Of a stretch of 64,000 bases of DNA, positions 51,972 through 64,000 are shown piece by piece. The notes beneath the pieces were generated by a model. The model searched no databases and was not told the origin of the DNA. It worked only from the letters and a program-made list of their open reading frames with translations. Position 1 is the stretch's first letter, and the number at the start of each line of letters is the position of its first letter. The DNA comes from Chiloscyllium plagiosum (Eukaryota), in assembly GCF_004010195.1 (NCBI RefSeq), contig NC_057724.1, positions 29,567,052-29,631,051 of the forward strand, given 5' to 3'. The translations under genes and the position numbers were made by a program.

Positions 51972-53216
51972 AGATCATCTTTATTATAGAATGGATAACA
52001 GATGGGTGTATGACAGATTGATATTTCTTGATATAATTCTTTATATCGTGTCTGTTTTTTGAGTAATTGCTGCAGTTGTCACATTTTTTGTGACCTTGAG
52101 CGTCTTGTCAAATATATTTGTCATCTCCTGAAAGCAGCAGGATTCTCTTTATTCCAGACTCTGCTGTAAAACTCTAAGAACAAGAGATTTTACCACCACC
52201 CAGTAGAAGACCCATTTTTATGATAACCATACAGGAGCTGGAACCTTTTTAGGAAGCATCCGTGGAAGTCTCTCATAACAAGGCTTTTGACTTTGCATTC
52301 TGCACGTAAAATATACTGTCGTACTACTTTTTGACCTGACAATCTAACTTTCTGTTGAACTGCAAGTAAAAGCGCAATATGATCAGTTGTATCTGTTTAA
52401 AAAAACAACCTATACAAGTGGAATGGAAATCTACTTACCAAGGAGCTATGAAGATAATCACTTCCTGCAGTATTTATCCAATGTTCGTGCTGGAATGAAT
52501 GGCATGGCTACTATCACCCCCACCTCCACCCCAGAAATAAATTGTTCAATTATACATTGTATGCAATTTACCTTTTTCTGCTTTTTTTTAATCTTCCAAA
52601 GTAATGGTGCTTTATTAAAAGAAGTTGAATAATCAATGGTTCCTTAGCACATTTAGATCATTCAGCATTCTCATGTTCCCCTCCATTCCCATGCATGAAT
52701 TTGTCTTTACTGAGTTGTGATGCCCTAGCAGCAATTCCCCTCTTTTCTTTTCTCTCCTCCTTAACCCTCCAAGATGGGAGAAGCTGTGACCAGTTTTCCT
52801 CAGATACTTTAGTCCAATTTCTAGAATTTAATGGGCCAAACGTGAAAGAGTGGATTATCTGCCTATTTCCTGTTAAAATAATCCAAATAATTTAATGTCT
52901 GATTTGATATTGAATTATTTTGTACTTCCATAGGGTTACTCTGTAATGCTTATTTTGATTGTTCTTTACGAAACTGCACTTTTTAGCTGACGAGAAGGCT
53001 GTGTGCATTACATTGCAACTGATTTGGTACTTGAGTTTTGTTTTAAACCCAAGCATCAACAGACTGTTTAAACCATGTGATAGTGTTTTCTTTGTCAGTC
53101 CCACAGGATTGGTTCTCTGTTCCTCCAGCTGCACGTGGTAAATCATGTCTGTTGTGGTCTGTTGAATTTTCTGTTCTCCTCTCCAGTATATAACTTGAAG
53201 AAAACAAAATGACCTG

Positions 53217-53222
53217 AATAAA
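53217..53222 (+). terminator. Candidate polyadenylation signal of the Rag gene (alternative AATAAA at 52536-52541)
   Basis: AATAAA ending a ~1.25-kb repeat-free AU-rich 3' region, followed by GT/T-rich sequence. Confidence 0.45.
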
Positions 53223-55986
53223 ACAAAAAAAACTTCTCTAGTCAGTAAGAGTGAATAAGTGTGCATTTATTTTGTGCAGATCTTTGAATTTTAGTTGCTG
53301 AGTATATCTTCTGTTGGCTGGACGCTGCCTTGCAATATTGAGTGATGCCATCAGCATGTGTTCAATTCTTGTACCTGCTGAGGTTACCATCAAAGTTCCA
53401 CCTCTCGACCCCATTCATCACATGACCCTCAGGTTAAACCATTGCCAGTCATGTATCTGAAAGCAGTCTTGTAGACCTCTGGCGCTATAGCATTTTTACC
53501 TTATTTACTTGAAATCTAGATTGAAGAGAGTGATATAAATATTCAAATACACTCAATTTTCTTGCTGTAAATTGAGGGTGGATGTTATTTTGGGTAGCAG
53601 TTTGTCTTTAATATTCTGGTATGGAAGACAAAGCCTTAAAATAATGACAGTTAAAATAGTTTTTAAGCCCTAAACTGATTTCATTACACTATAATTCACT
53701 TCTAAGCACATAACCAAGTGCACATGGACTGAATTGTTGATTATTGGGTGCAAACTGCTCTAGTACAAAAAGCACAGTTTTCCCAGGTGTTCCTGCAGCG
53801 ACAGTTTCAAAAACTGTAAGCAGCTTTGAACTTTGATAGTTGACAATACTGACAGGTTCAGAGGTGACCAAATAGCATTCTCGTACAGTCCAAATCCCAC
53901 TTGACAGTAGCACACACAACTTGTGATTTAACGCAACTATCAAAGTAGCCAAAGTTATTTCGCTTTTCCTCTTATTTTATATTCTTGTGAATTGTCTTAT
54001 TGAGTGCAAGACCAACAGCTCTGACCAATTTTTGTTTGGCAGTACTATTTACTGATGCACACACCATATATTCAAGTTGATATTAGCTGAATAGATTGGT
54101 CATTTGCAAGCAGCGGTGATATGTTCACGTTTCACTACTGCAAACAAATGATTGGAGAAATCAATGTGACTGCAGGCTTTTCTTTTTCAACCATAGATGG
54201 TAAACTACTACCATTGCTAAAGATCCACATTTCTTTATATCTCAAAGTAATATAGAAGTAGTGTTGCACTCTGCTATTTTGACTAGCTTGACATCCACTT
54301 TCCAAGATGGTGGGTGGTTTACTGCTGAACTCATTGTATTGTTCCACTGCATTTGTTCTCCCTGGCATTTGTTTGTTTTTAATTTTATTCCCAACTGCCA
54401 GTATTTTCTGTATTTAGCTCTGGAATCTATTAGGGTATAACTTCCTCTGAACATTTTAAAGTTGTGTTCCAAGCCAACAGAAATTTTAATGAACAGCCAA
54501 TGTAAGTCAGATCCAGTATCCTTACCTGTGAAAAGAGCAAATTATATAAATTATCCTTTACAGTCAATTGCAAACATACACCTACAAATTATAAAGATTT
54601 ACCTGCTCTGTTCCAAAAGCAAGAACAGTATTGTGTCAGGTAATTACGCTTAATATCAACAGATATATGTACAGATGTAATGAGTGGCTATCCCTCCTGT
54701 AATTCTATTATTTTGAAAGTGTTAAAGTTAGTATATAGAAATGTTTGAGTGACACAAAAACTGGTTGAGAGATAGTGGAAGCAATTCGTGAGAGAGAGGT
54801 ATTAAGGGTGCAGCTTCTTACGAGTCATGTGGTACTGAGCTATTATTGAGCACGCTAAGCACACTTATAATTTCCTTTGGAGAAGTGTGACTGAATTGTG
54901 GAAACGAAAGATTTGCTTAATTGATGGCCTGACATTTCAACCAGATCAATGCAGCACATGACCCTCTGCTCCAATGCATCTTTTACTTCCCCAAAATAGC
55001 ATTCTGCTATGCAACATCATCTTCACCAAGGTCTCACCTGACTGGAGGCCCACAATAGAGAGAACACAGACAACACTGTGATACAGCCCACTCTTATTTT
55101 TGGGGGGGCGGTGGAGGAAGGAATGGCATTAAATAGGAAATTAGAGATGCATGAATAAAGGAAAATCTGTAATTGAGTGATTTTAATTTGCTCACAGATT
55201 GGCCAAATCAAATTAGTAACAGATATATTTGAATCATTTGTTTTGTTGGAATTTTATTCTCAAAGGGAATTTTATTTGTAACAACTTAATAAATTCTTTA
55301 AATATTTGTCATTTGTCTATTCTCATGCATTTTAACTTGGTTTCTCAGTGCAGCGTAGCCCCAACTCTCTCCTCTTATCAATGTAGTTTGCTTTGTTCAG
55401 ATTTACAAAATTAATTCCAAATTTAAATAAATCACCCTCGAACAATTTAAAATTCAATGACATTATGATAAATTTTTCCTAGGCATCTCTTTCACAACTC
55501 TTTCTCATTATACAATGTCTAATCTACTTCGGATCTACACTCTTGTACATTATTACTGACTTACTTGCAGTTTTTATTGTCTAATTGTGAGTGTTTAACG
55601 TTCACTAGCTTCAAATATTTCCTGGAAAGAGTAAATTAGCAGCTGTAATAAAAATGATTGCGATTATCTGCAATTCATTGGTAAGATTCTTTTACAATGC
55701 TTTACTTGTAATATTGATACAGTACAATGGTGGTATGATATAGGCTATAATATTGTAATGCTAATGTAGTGATGAAGTCATAAAATGAAAGCACAGAATG
55801 TAGTTATAGCAACAAGTTAAGAGTCTGAAATGTAATGGTGCAGTGACAGCAATAATGAGCATTAATAATGAAGAAAAAGTGAGAATAGGATAGCTGAAGT
55901 GTTAGCATTTTAGGCTACAACATATATGAGGGTGTAGTAATGGTGTATTGTGACAATGATAGCAGCATAGGATATTAAAACAGTGA

Positions 55987-56060
55987 TGGAAATGTGTTGC
56001 TGGAAAAGCGCAGCAGGTCAGGCAGCATCCAGGGAACAGGAGAATCGACGTTTCGGGTCC
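55987..56060 (-). mobile_element. 74-bp PLE family A terminal-repeat fragment with 14-bp TSD
   Basis: tattaaaacagtga at 55973-55986 and 56061-56074. Confidence 0.8.
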
Positions 56061-56279
56061 TATTAAAACAGTGACAATAGCGATAGTGTTGCTGTACAAA
56101 AATAAAGCAGCCCTCCTATAAAGATGAAGTGATATCATAGGGTGCTGCAGTTGAGGAAGGTTTATAGGAAATGTGTGAATGTAACAGTAGTTAAGGGTGT
56201 AAAAGAATAATGATGGTATGGAGATGCAGTGTCAGTATGTGAGGCTGCAATGATTGTATGCAGTTTCTTAGAGCAGCAT

Positions 56280-59200
56280 ATTCGAGAATCAACCAGTGAG
56301 CACCTTTTATATTATGGTTGGTATTATGTAAAGAGACAGGATTAATGAATGATCTGAGTAAAGGCACTTGTAGGCACTGATGACTCCAATTTGAATGAAT
56401 TTGAAATCCAGTTTGAAAGGGCGAAGAGTGGAACTGAGGTTAACTATGGGAATGGAAACTAAGTTAACTGAAGTGAATTGGCATGCAAGGTTAAGAGATG
56501 ATGCAATGGAGAAACAGTGGCAGACAATTAAGGAAATACTTCAGAATATTCAGGATTAGTAGTTTCCTGCCATGAAAAGTTGAGAATACATTCATATCTA
56601 CAGACTATGTGGAAAAAGGGAAGACATGGATCTGCTTGGACACTTTCTGATTGAATAGGATTTTTTAAGCAGGGTTTCTTGGAAAATGAAGTCAGCAGTG
56701 TAATGAGTGCAACTGGAACACAACATCTTACACTTACCTTTTAAAACAAGAAAAGCTTAGGTCTCGGCTATCTTCTTAAAATATCTTGAGGTTGTTTGGT
56801 CTGGTCCACAACAAATAATTAATTACCGGAAAGCCCAGTTTTAAGAAAGCTTATAGGGTCCTTTGTGCTGATGATTGTCCAGCAACTTCTTTCTGGGTTT
56901 GACTTCTGTTACAGACAGAGGAGGTCACACAAGTAAACCCCAGAGGCTGCAAGTTTCTCTGTCAAACTTTCCAAGAACTATATATAGTTTTGATATTTCT
57001 TTCTTATAAATCAGCTTTTCAAAAATTTGGATCCAGATTGATTTCAATCCAAAATAATCTTCCATTAGCTTATTCTATCAGCAATTGTACTTTGTTGACA
57101 AGAAATCTGGGAGAAGTCATAATTCTAACCTTTATTTGCAAATTTTTGGCCAGTAGGAATGTTTATCTTTCCTTTTTGATAAGGAACTGTCTCTGCAAGG
57201 CCTGTCTTTTGTGTTGTGTGTGTTCTAAGTTATACTTCTGGTGTTCGCACCTTGCTTTTAAGAATGAGTTTTGTTTTATAATATAGTGATTATATTTTGA
57301 GTTCTAAGGAAGTCTGATGAAAGTATCATTTAATCTGGATAGTAGTACAAAAGGCCATTTTCATCACTGTGACTCGTGGAGTATTGGGGCTTCATGACTG
57401 GCACATTGCTCTGTCATAGTTTTAACAGTAGGAAAATACCAAGGGCAGATCTTTGATCATTGTTAACTAATGAAGTTATAGAGTCATAGAGATGTACAGC
57501 ATGGAAACAGACCCTTTGGTCCAGGCCGACCAGATATCCCAACCCAATCTAGTCCCACCTGTCAGCACCTGGCCCATATCCCTCCAAACCCTTCCTATTC
57601 ATATAACCTTCCAAATGCCTTTTAAATGTCGCAATTGTACCAGCTTCCACCATTTCCTGTGGCAGCTCATTCTGTATACATACACCCTCTGCGTGAAAAG
57701 GTTGCCCTTTAGGTCTCTTTTATATCTTTTCCCCTCTCACCCCCAGGGAAAAGAGTTTGTCTATTTATCCTATCCATGCCCCTTATGATTTTATAAACCT
57801 TGATAAGGTCACCCCTCAGCCTCTGGGTTCTCCCTTTTAAAGAAAGGATTAGAGTTGAGAAAAATGTATACAACAGCACAAAGATGAGTGGCAGGTTAGA
57901 TGATTTCACAGAATACAAAGAATGGCTGTGAATGATGAAAAGTTAATAAAAATTAAACTGAGAGGAAGCTAGCTAGAAAGGTAAAAATGAATAACGAGTT
58001 TCTGCCTATAAAATGGAAAAGAGTAAATAAGGTGTTAGTCCTCTAAAATGAGAATTAAGAGTTAATTGTAGATAATGAAATGAATAAAAATTTCTCTTAT
58101 CTCTGTAGAGGATATGAAAGCATTCCAGTAATAGCTGTACATTAAGAAGTACAAGTGAGAGGAGTGTAGCAAAATTACAATAATGATAAGCAAAGTTTGA
58201 AGCAAATTTTGGAGCTGCAGGCTGACAAGGCTCTGAGTCCAGATGTACTTTATACTAGGGCCTTAAAAGAGATTGCCAAGCAAGTAGAAGATTCATTGAT
58301 TATTTTCCAAAATTCTCTAGATGCAGGAAACGTTCCATCAGATTGGAAAATAGAAAATATAACCCTCCTATTCAAGAAGGAAAAGAAGGAAACTACAAGC
58401 CAATTAAGCTGACTTATGTCATGAGGACAGCGTTGGAGCTGATTATAAAAAGGTTATAGCCAGTTACTTAGGAAAAATCCAACTGGAGGAACTGCAGATG
58501 CTGAAGATCATAAGCAAAAGCAGAAATTGCTGGAAAAGCTCAGCACATCTGGCAGCATCTGTGGGGAGAAATCTGTTAATGTTTTGGGTTGAGTGATCAT
58601 CAGAGGAAGTGGTGGAGGCTGACACAATTACAACATTTAAAAGGCATCTGGTCGGATATATGAATAGGAAGGGTTGAGAGGGATATTGGCCAAATGCTGG
58701 TAAATGGGACTAGGTCAAGTTTCAGACTTAAGCCCTTCATCAGGAATGTTATTGGGCAAGTAAGATCCCTGAATAAAATCTGGCTTGAAAATATTTTTTG
58801 ACAAGTTGGTCTTTCACTGAAACACAAGCATGCAATACTGCAAATTTGGTTTTAGAAATAAAACTTTATTACATAAAGACAAAGAAAAATAATCCAAGCT
58901 ACTTACATAACACCACTATGTGAAAGATTTTAAATTCATGGTAAAATGCAATCCTATCTATCCCATCAGTATCATTTTACAGTGCTCAAACAGCAGAGAG
59001 AGTTCAGTTCTGTATCACATTGGTTTAACAACTGTTTTCTTTCTAAACTCCCAGTCTTGAGACCCTTCAGTCCACTTCACCCAGGGCAACCAGACATCCC
59101 AATTCGACCTAGTCCCATTTCCAAGTTGGTCCGTATCCCTCGTAAACCCTTACTATTCATATACACATCCAGATCCCTTTTAGATGTTGTAATTGTACCA

Positions 59201-60870
59201 ACCTCCAACCTTTCCTCTGAGGAGCTTCTGAGGGTCATTCAATCTGAGACGTTAATTTTTTGACATCCTTTCTCTTCATTAGTTACGCAAAGAAGCTTTC
59301 TCAAATCTGATTTTCTCAGTTTCAAATAACCCATTCAATGTTCTGGTCAAACACATCTGGTCTGGAACTTGCAAACTACTTTCAAACTAAACTTTTGAGG
59401 TAACCTATTTCATAAGATAATGAGACATGGGAGCAGAAATTAGGCCATTCAGCCCATCAAGTCTGCTCTGCCATTCAATCATGGTGGATACGTTTCTCAA
59501 CCCCATTCTCCCCATAACCCTTGGTAGTCAAGAACCTATCTATCTCGATCTTAAATATACTCAATGACCTCACCTCCACAGCCTTCTCTGGCTGAATAAG
59601 TTTCTCCTCTCTGCTGTAAAAAGTCTTCCCATTAAGGCTATGCCCTCTGGCCCTAGTCATTCCTACCAATGGAAACCTCTTCCTAACATCTACTCTGACC
59701 AGGCCATTCAGTATTTTGTATGCTTCAATTAGATTACCCCTCTTTCTCCCCCCCATCCCCCGCCCAACCATCCTTCTAAACTCCATCAAATGCAGTAAAA
59801 TAATCCAAGCTAGTTATACAGAATAACTAACAATTCTAAACTTCCTTCGAGAGAAACTGTGTCATACATCTAATTGCAAGGACCATTGTGAACTGAAACA
59901 GAAAAGTTTCCAAGCTGAATTTTTTTCCTGAAGCTAAAAATACATTCTTGTTACTTATAAATCAAAAGCAAGCTAATGTTCCTCAATGTTTACTCTGTTT
60001 GTAAAGCTTTCACATCACAAACAGGATTCCCATTATCAAACAAGGGGCTCCTTCTCTTGTATTGGTTTAAAAGAAAATCATGGCTCCAGAACCATCAAAC
60101 CCCTGGCAAGTTAAACATTAAACACCTTCGTACACACATACCAAAACCCACATTCCACAAACTCAAATTCCAAACTCTCTCTTTACGTATATCTTACATT
60201 TAACATCACAAACCTCTGTGGAATCTGTGCTGCGACCTCAGCTTGTCACAATTTACAATAAACGTATTTACATGAGGGGACTGAAGGCATGTGAACTAAA
60301 TTTGCAAATAATCCAAAGAAAGGGAGGAAAGTATGTTGTAAAGAATACATAGGAAGTTGTAGATGTATATAGATTGGTTGAGGAAGTGAAGAAAAGTGGC
60401 AGATAGAGTACAGTGTTGGAAACTTTCAAATTTTTAACTTTGGCATTAGAAATGAAAAAGCTAATATTACTCAAACAGAAAACAATTGCAGCATTTTGAA
60501 GTGCAGATTGATCATTTTTTCCTGATGCATGAGACACAAAACGTTAGTGTGCAGATACAACAAATAAGCAAGAAGTCTTTCTTCTGAGAGGAATTGAACA
60601 TTAATGTAGGTATGTTATATTTCAATTAAGCAGAACTTTGATAGGACCACATTTTAAATGCTGTGTGCAGTTTTGGCCTTTTTATTTAAGGAAAGATGTA
60701 GTTACATTGGAGACAGTTTGGATGAGATTTTCTAGATTGATACCTGAAATGAACGGTTATCTAAGGAAAAGTTGAACAGACTGCTTCTTTTTCACTGGAG
60801 TTTAGATTGAAGTGAATCTGAACAGTCTTGACAAAGGTAATTATGGAAATTATATTTCCTCTTCTGGCTG
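56280..60870. mobile_element. Mosaic of CR1 fragments in both orientations and short PLE-repeat pieces
   Basis: DKALSPDVLYTRALKE..PSDWKIENITLLFKK; CR1 3' ends at 57478-57822 and 59420-59790. Confidence 0.65.
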
Positions 60871-61427
60871 CAGAGTGTGGTGACAGTGTGCAGAGACCAG
60901 AAAAAGCAGTGACAGTGAGACAGTGCAGAAACTGCATGAAGGTGACAGGAGATTGAGGGATAATATGACGGTGCAGTGTCAGGGAATATGGGTGTGGGGA
61001 TAGTAAGTGTGTACAGTGACAGTGAGTTAGGGTGCAGGGGCAAAGTATGAGGACATCATGAGAGAGGGTGCACGGACAATAAGAGAGGGCATGGTGACAC
61101 TGTACGGGAAGATTGTGAGGATGCAGCATTCGAGTTTGAGTAAAAGAAAGTGCAGTGTCAATGAGATAGGGTGTAGGGACTGTGGGTTCAGGACAGTGGG
61201 AAGGTTCCTGGGACAATTTGTGGGTGAAGGGACATTGACAGAGGGAGAACTGACACTGGGTAAGGGTACAATGACAGAGGGTACAGGGAGAGAAGGTAGT
61301 AACGATGAGACAGGGTGTAGGGACAGAGGGCACAGTAACAGTGAACCAGGGTGTGGGGACAGAAGGTACAGCAATACAGAGACAGTGCAGGGTCCGAGGG
61401 CACAGTAATAGTGAGAGAGGGTGTGGG
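60870..61427. repeat. Degenerate purine-rich minisatellite (gacagtg/gggtgt units) adjacent to a gap
   Basis: Recurrent acagtg/gacag/gggtgt motifs. Confidence 0.6.
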
Positions 61428-61927
61428 NNNNNNNNNNNNNNNNNNNNNNNNNNNNNNNNNNNNNNNNNNNNNNNNNNNNNNNNNNNNNNNNNNNNNNNNN
61501 NNNNNNNNNNNNNNNNNNNNNNNNNNNNNNNNNNNNNNNNNNNNNNNNNNNNNNNNNNNNNNNNNNNNNNNNNNNNNNNNNNNNNNNNNNNNNNNNNNNN
61601 NNNNNNNNNNNNNNNNNNNNNNNNNNNNNNNNNNNNNNNNNNNNNNNNNNNNNNNNNNNNNNNNNNNNNNNNNNNNNNNNNNNNNNNNNNNNNNNNNNNN
61701 NNNNNNNNNNNNNNNNNNNNNNNNNNNNNNNNNNNNNNNNNNNNNNNNNNNNNNNNNNNNNNNNNNNNNNNNNNNNNNNNNNNNNNNNNNNNNNNNNNNN
61801 NNNNNNNNNNNNNNNNNNNNNNNNNNNNNNNNNNNNNNNNNNNNNNNNNNNNNNNNNNNNNNNNNNNNNNNNNNNNNNNNNNNNNNNNNNNNNNNNNNNN
61901 NNNNNNNNNNNNNNNNNNNNNNNNNNN
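61428..61927. other. Assembly gap (500 N)
   Basis: Run of N. Confidence 1.
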
Positions 61928-62865
61928 GAAGAATAATGTTACTGTTGAAATGGATAAAGTTTAGTAATCCAGAGCTGTCATTGTAATCATGTTAGAAACA
62001 ATGAGCGTGTCTTTCTCATCTCTTTTTTTAAAACCGTCTCTGATCCTGGCTCTGCAGTCACTTTAACCTTATGCATATTTTCTAGAGTAATCAATAAGGA
62101 TTTTATTTAAGGCATGGCCACAACTTAACTGTAAAAACACTTTTTTGAACTTTAGATTCCGGGTATCGACTGTACTCTCCGACTCCTATAGCGGTCAAGG
62201 TAGGTCATCGCATCCCTTTATTCAAGGCTACTGGCTATCTCAAACTGGAAATACAGCCGGCCACATCCACGTTCGGGTCAATTTAAATTGAACATCATCC
62301 TAATGAGAAACATGTGAATGAGTGCTAAAGCCACGAAGGAAATGGGAGTAAAAGTTAGTATCTGATGGAAGCACGCCATGACTAAAGCAAAATCCAAATG
62401 TTACCGCCTGAATTAAAGCAGCTGCCCAGCTTTAGTGCACACTCAGCTGCCAGATTCACCGCTGAAACGTATTAAAGGGTGGGCAAATTTCCGCGTTTGA
62501 TAAGTGTTATTCACTGAAAAACTTCTTCTCGTGCACTGACAAGTAACAATTACAAACCCAGGAGCCTCATTTCTACACATTGATTGTAAAAAGTTATAAT
62601 TAAATGCATTTCCTTTCTGTACCTGATTTGACATTGAATTCACCAATGGAGTTTGCACTTTTACCTCTCAGACCTTGTGCTATTCATTTCGCAACACTTC
62701 AGTCTAGTTAAGGAAGTAGACCGTTGTTCGCCTGCTTTCCCTCATTGCTAGAAGTTTGGTGGGATCAGGTTAAATTGATATGGAGATGCCAGTTTTGGAC
62801 TGGGGTGGACAAGATCACCTGATGAAGCAGTGCTCTGAAATCTTGTGATGTCCAATTAACCTGTA

Positions 62866-63742
62866 GAAAGTGAGGGCTGCAGATGCTGGAGATCACCGCA
62901 ACAAGGACAGAACGCCCCTGGTGCTCACCTTCCACCCTACCAACCTTCGCATAAACCAAATCATCCGCCGACATTTCCGCCACCTCCAAACAGACCCCAC
63001 CACCAGGGGTATATTTCCCTCCCCACCCCTCTCCACCTTCCGTAAAGACCACTCCCTCCGTGACTACCTGGTCAGGTCCACGCCCCCCTACGACCCACCC
63101 TCCCATCCTGGCACTTTCCCCTGCCACTGCAGGAACTGTAAAACCTGTGCCCACACCACCTCCCTCACCTCCATCCAAGGCCCTAAAGGAGCTTCCACAT
63201 CCATCAAAGTTTTACCTGCACATCCNNNNNNNNNNNNNNNNNNNNNNNNNNNNNNNNNNNNNNNNNNNNNNNNNNNNNNNNNNNNNNNNNNNNNNNNNNN
63301 NNNNNNNNNNNNNNNNNNNNNNNNNNNNNNNNNNNNNNNNNNNNNNNNNNNNNNNNNNNNNNNNNNNNNNNNNNNNNNNNNNNNNNNNNNNNNNNNNNNN
63401 NNNNNNNNNNNNNNNNNNNNNNNNNNNNNNNNNNNNNNNNNNNNNNNNNNNNNNNNNNNNNNNNNNNNNNNNNNNNNNNNCCCTGACCTATCACCTTCAT
63501 CTCCTCCCCCACTGACATATTGTACTGTATGCTACTCTCTCCCCACCCCCACCCTCCTCTAGCTTTTCTCTCCACGCTTAGGCTCTCTGCCTTTATTCCT
63601 GATGAAGTGCTTTTGCCTGAAACGTCGATTTTGCCTGTCCTTGGATTTTGCCTGTCCTCGGATGCTGCCTGAACTGCTGTGCTCTTCCATCACCACTAAT
63701 CCAGAATCTGGTTTCCAGCATCTGCAGTCATTGTTTTTACCT
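62866..63742 (+). mobile_element. PLE family A copy spanning a 255-N gap (63226-63480)
   Basis: RTPLVLTFHP..LRINQIIRRHFRHLQTDP...PGTFPCHCRNCKTC; 3' end nearly identical to 1742-1987. Confidence 0.85.
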
Positions 63743-63814
63743 CGCTGGAGATCAGAGTCGAGAATGTGGTGCTGGATAAACACAGCAAGTCACGCGACAT
63801 CCGGGAAGGTTGAG

Positions 63815-63850
63815 AATCAACGTTTCGGGCATAAGCCCATCATCAGGACT
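63815..63850 (-). ncRNA. Minimal hammerhead ribozyme motif (family A, GUU site)
   Basis: Minus strand AGTC-CTGATGA-T-GGGC-TTAT-GCCC-GAAA-CG-TT-GATT. Confidence 0.6.
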
Positions 63851-64000
63851 ATAACCTGGTGTCATGTGACTTCTAACCAGGTTAGATTGAGGTATTAAAG
63901 AGGATATGGAGTAATTAGCTGGATAGAAATAATGCAAGAATATGGAGAAAAGTAGCAACTTGGTAGTAGGTAATGTCTGTTTAAAGAGCCAGTGCAGACA

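Noticed and set aside
53689-54472. Possible decayed minus-strand gene (vague fibronectin-III/transmembrane-like fragments)
   Set aside because: Multiple stops and frame changes and no motif I can confidently recognise; a tBLASTx search would be needed.
56608-57427. Possible second solo LTR (TG...AACA)
   Set aside because: No matching target-site duplication or terminal inverted repeat found.
60761-61986. Long ORFs near and across the gap
   Set aside because: Artefacts of low-complexity repeat and N runs.
62100-62720. Repeat-free, CpG-retaining stretch as an exon or enhancer
   Set aside because: No convincing ORF or splice pair; conservation cannot be assessed from this sequence alone.

Overview
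Eukaryotic, repeat-rich vertebrate genomic DNA. The LINE/SINE/Penelope repeat families suggest a cartilaginous fish (shark); this is inference. Two complete spliced genes lie head-to-head. TMLHE (trimethyllysine dioxygenase) is on the minus strand with 7 coding exons between 843 and 17221, giving 422 aa, plus a probable non-coding exon 1 near 29.7 kb. An intron-containing RagA/B GTPase gene (RRAGA/RRAGB) is on the plus strand with 9 coding exons between 31688 and 51971, giving 313 aa. All coding-exon boundaries are GT-AG with consistent phases. The rest is mostly decayed CR1-type LINEs, tRNA-derived SINEs, Penelope-like elements (PLEs), a probable solo LTR, simple repeats and two assembly gaps. 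Most notable observations: (1) three distinct PLE-associated repeat families (plus a degenerate fourth) each carry a minimal hammerhead-ribozyme motif, and one intact copy is in sense orientation in Rag intron 1; (2) these repeats form fold-back insertions with 10-15 bp target-site duplications and appear to capture nearby DNA, including a 96-bp copy of TMLHE exon 4 fused in frame to a PLE ORF; (3) a ~180-bp inverted repeat brackets Rag exons 2-3; (4) the Rag switch I carries a G40A substitution. Repeat boundaries are approximate and nothing was database-checked.
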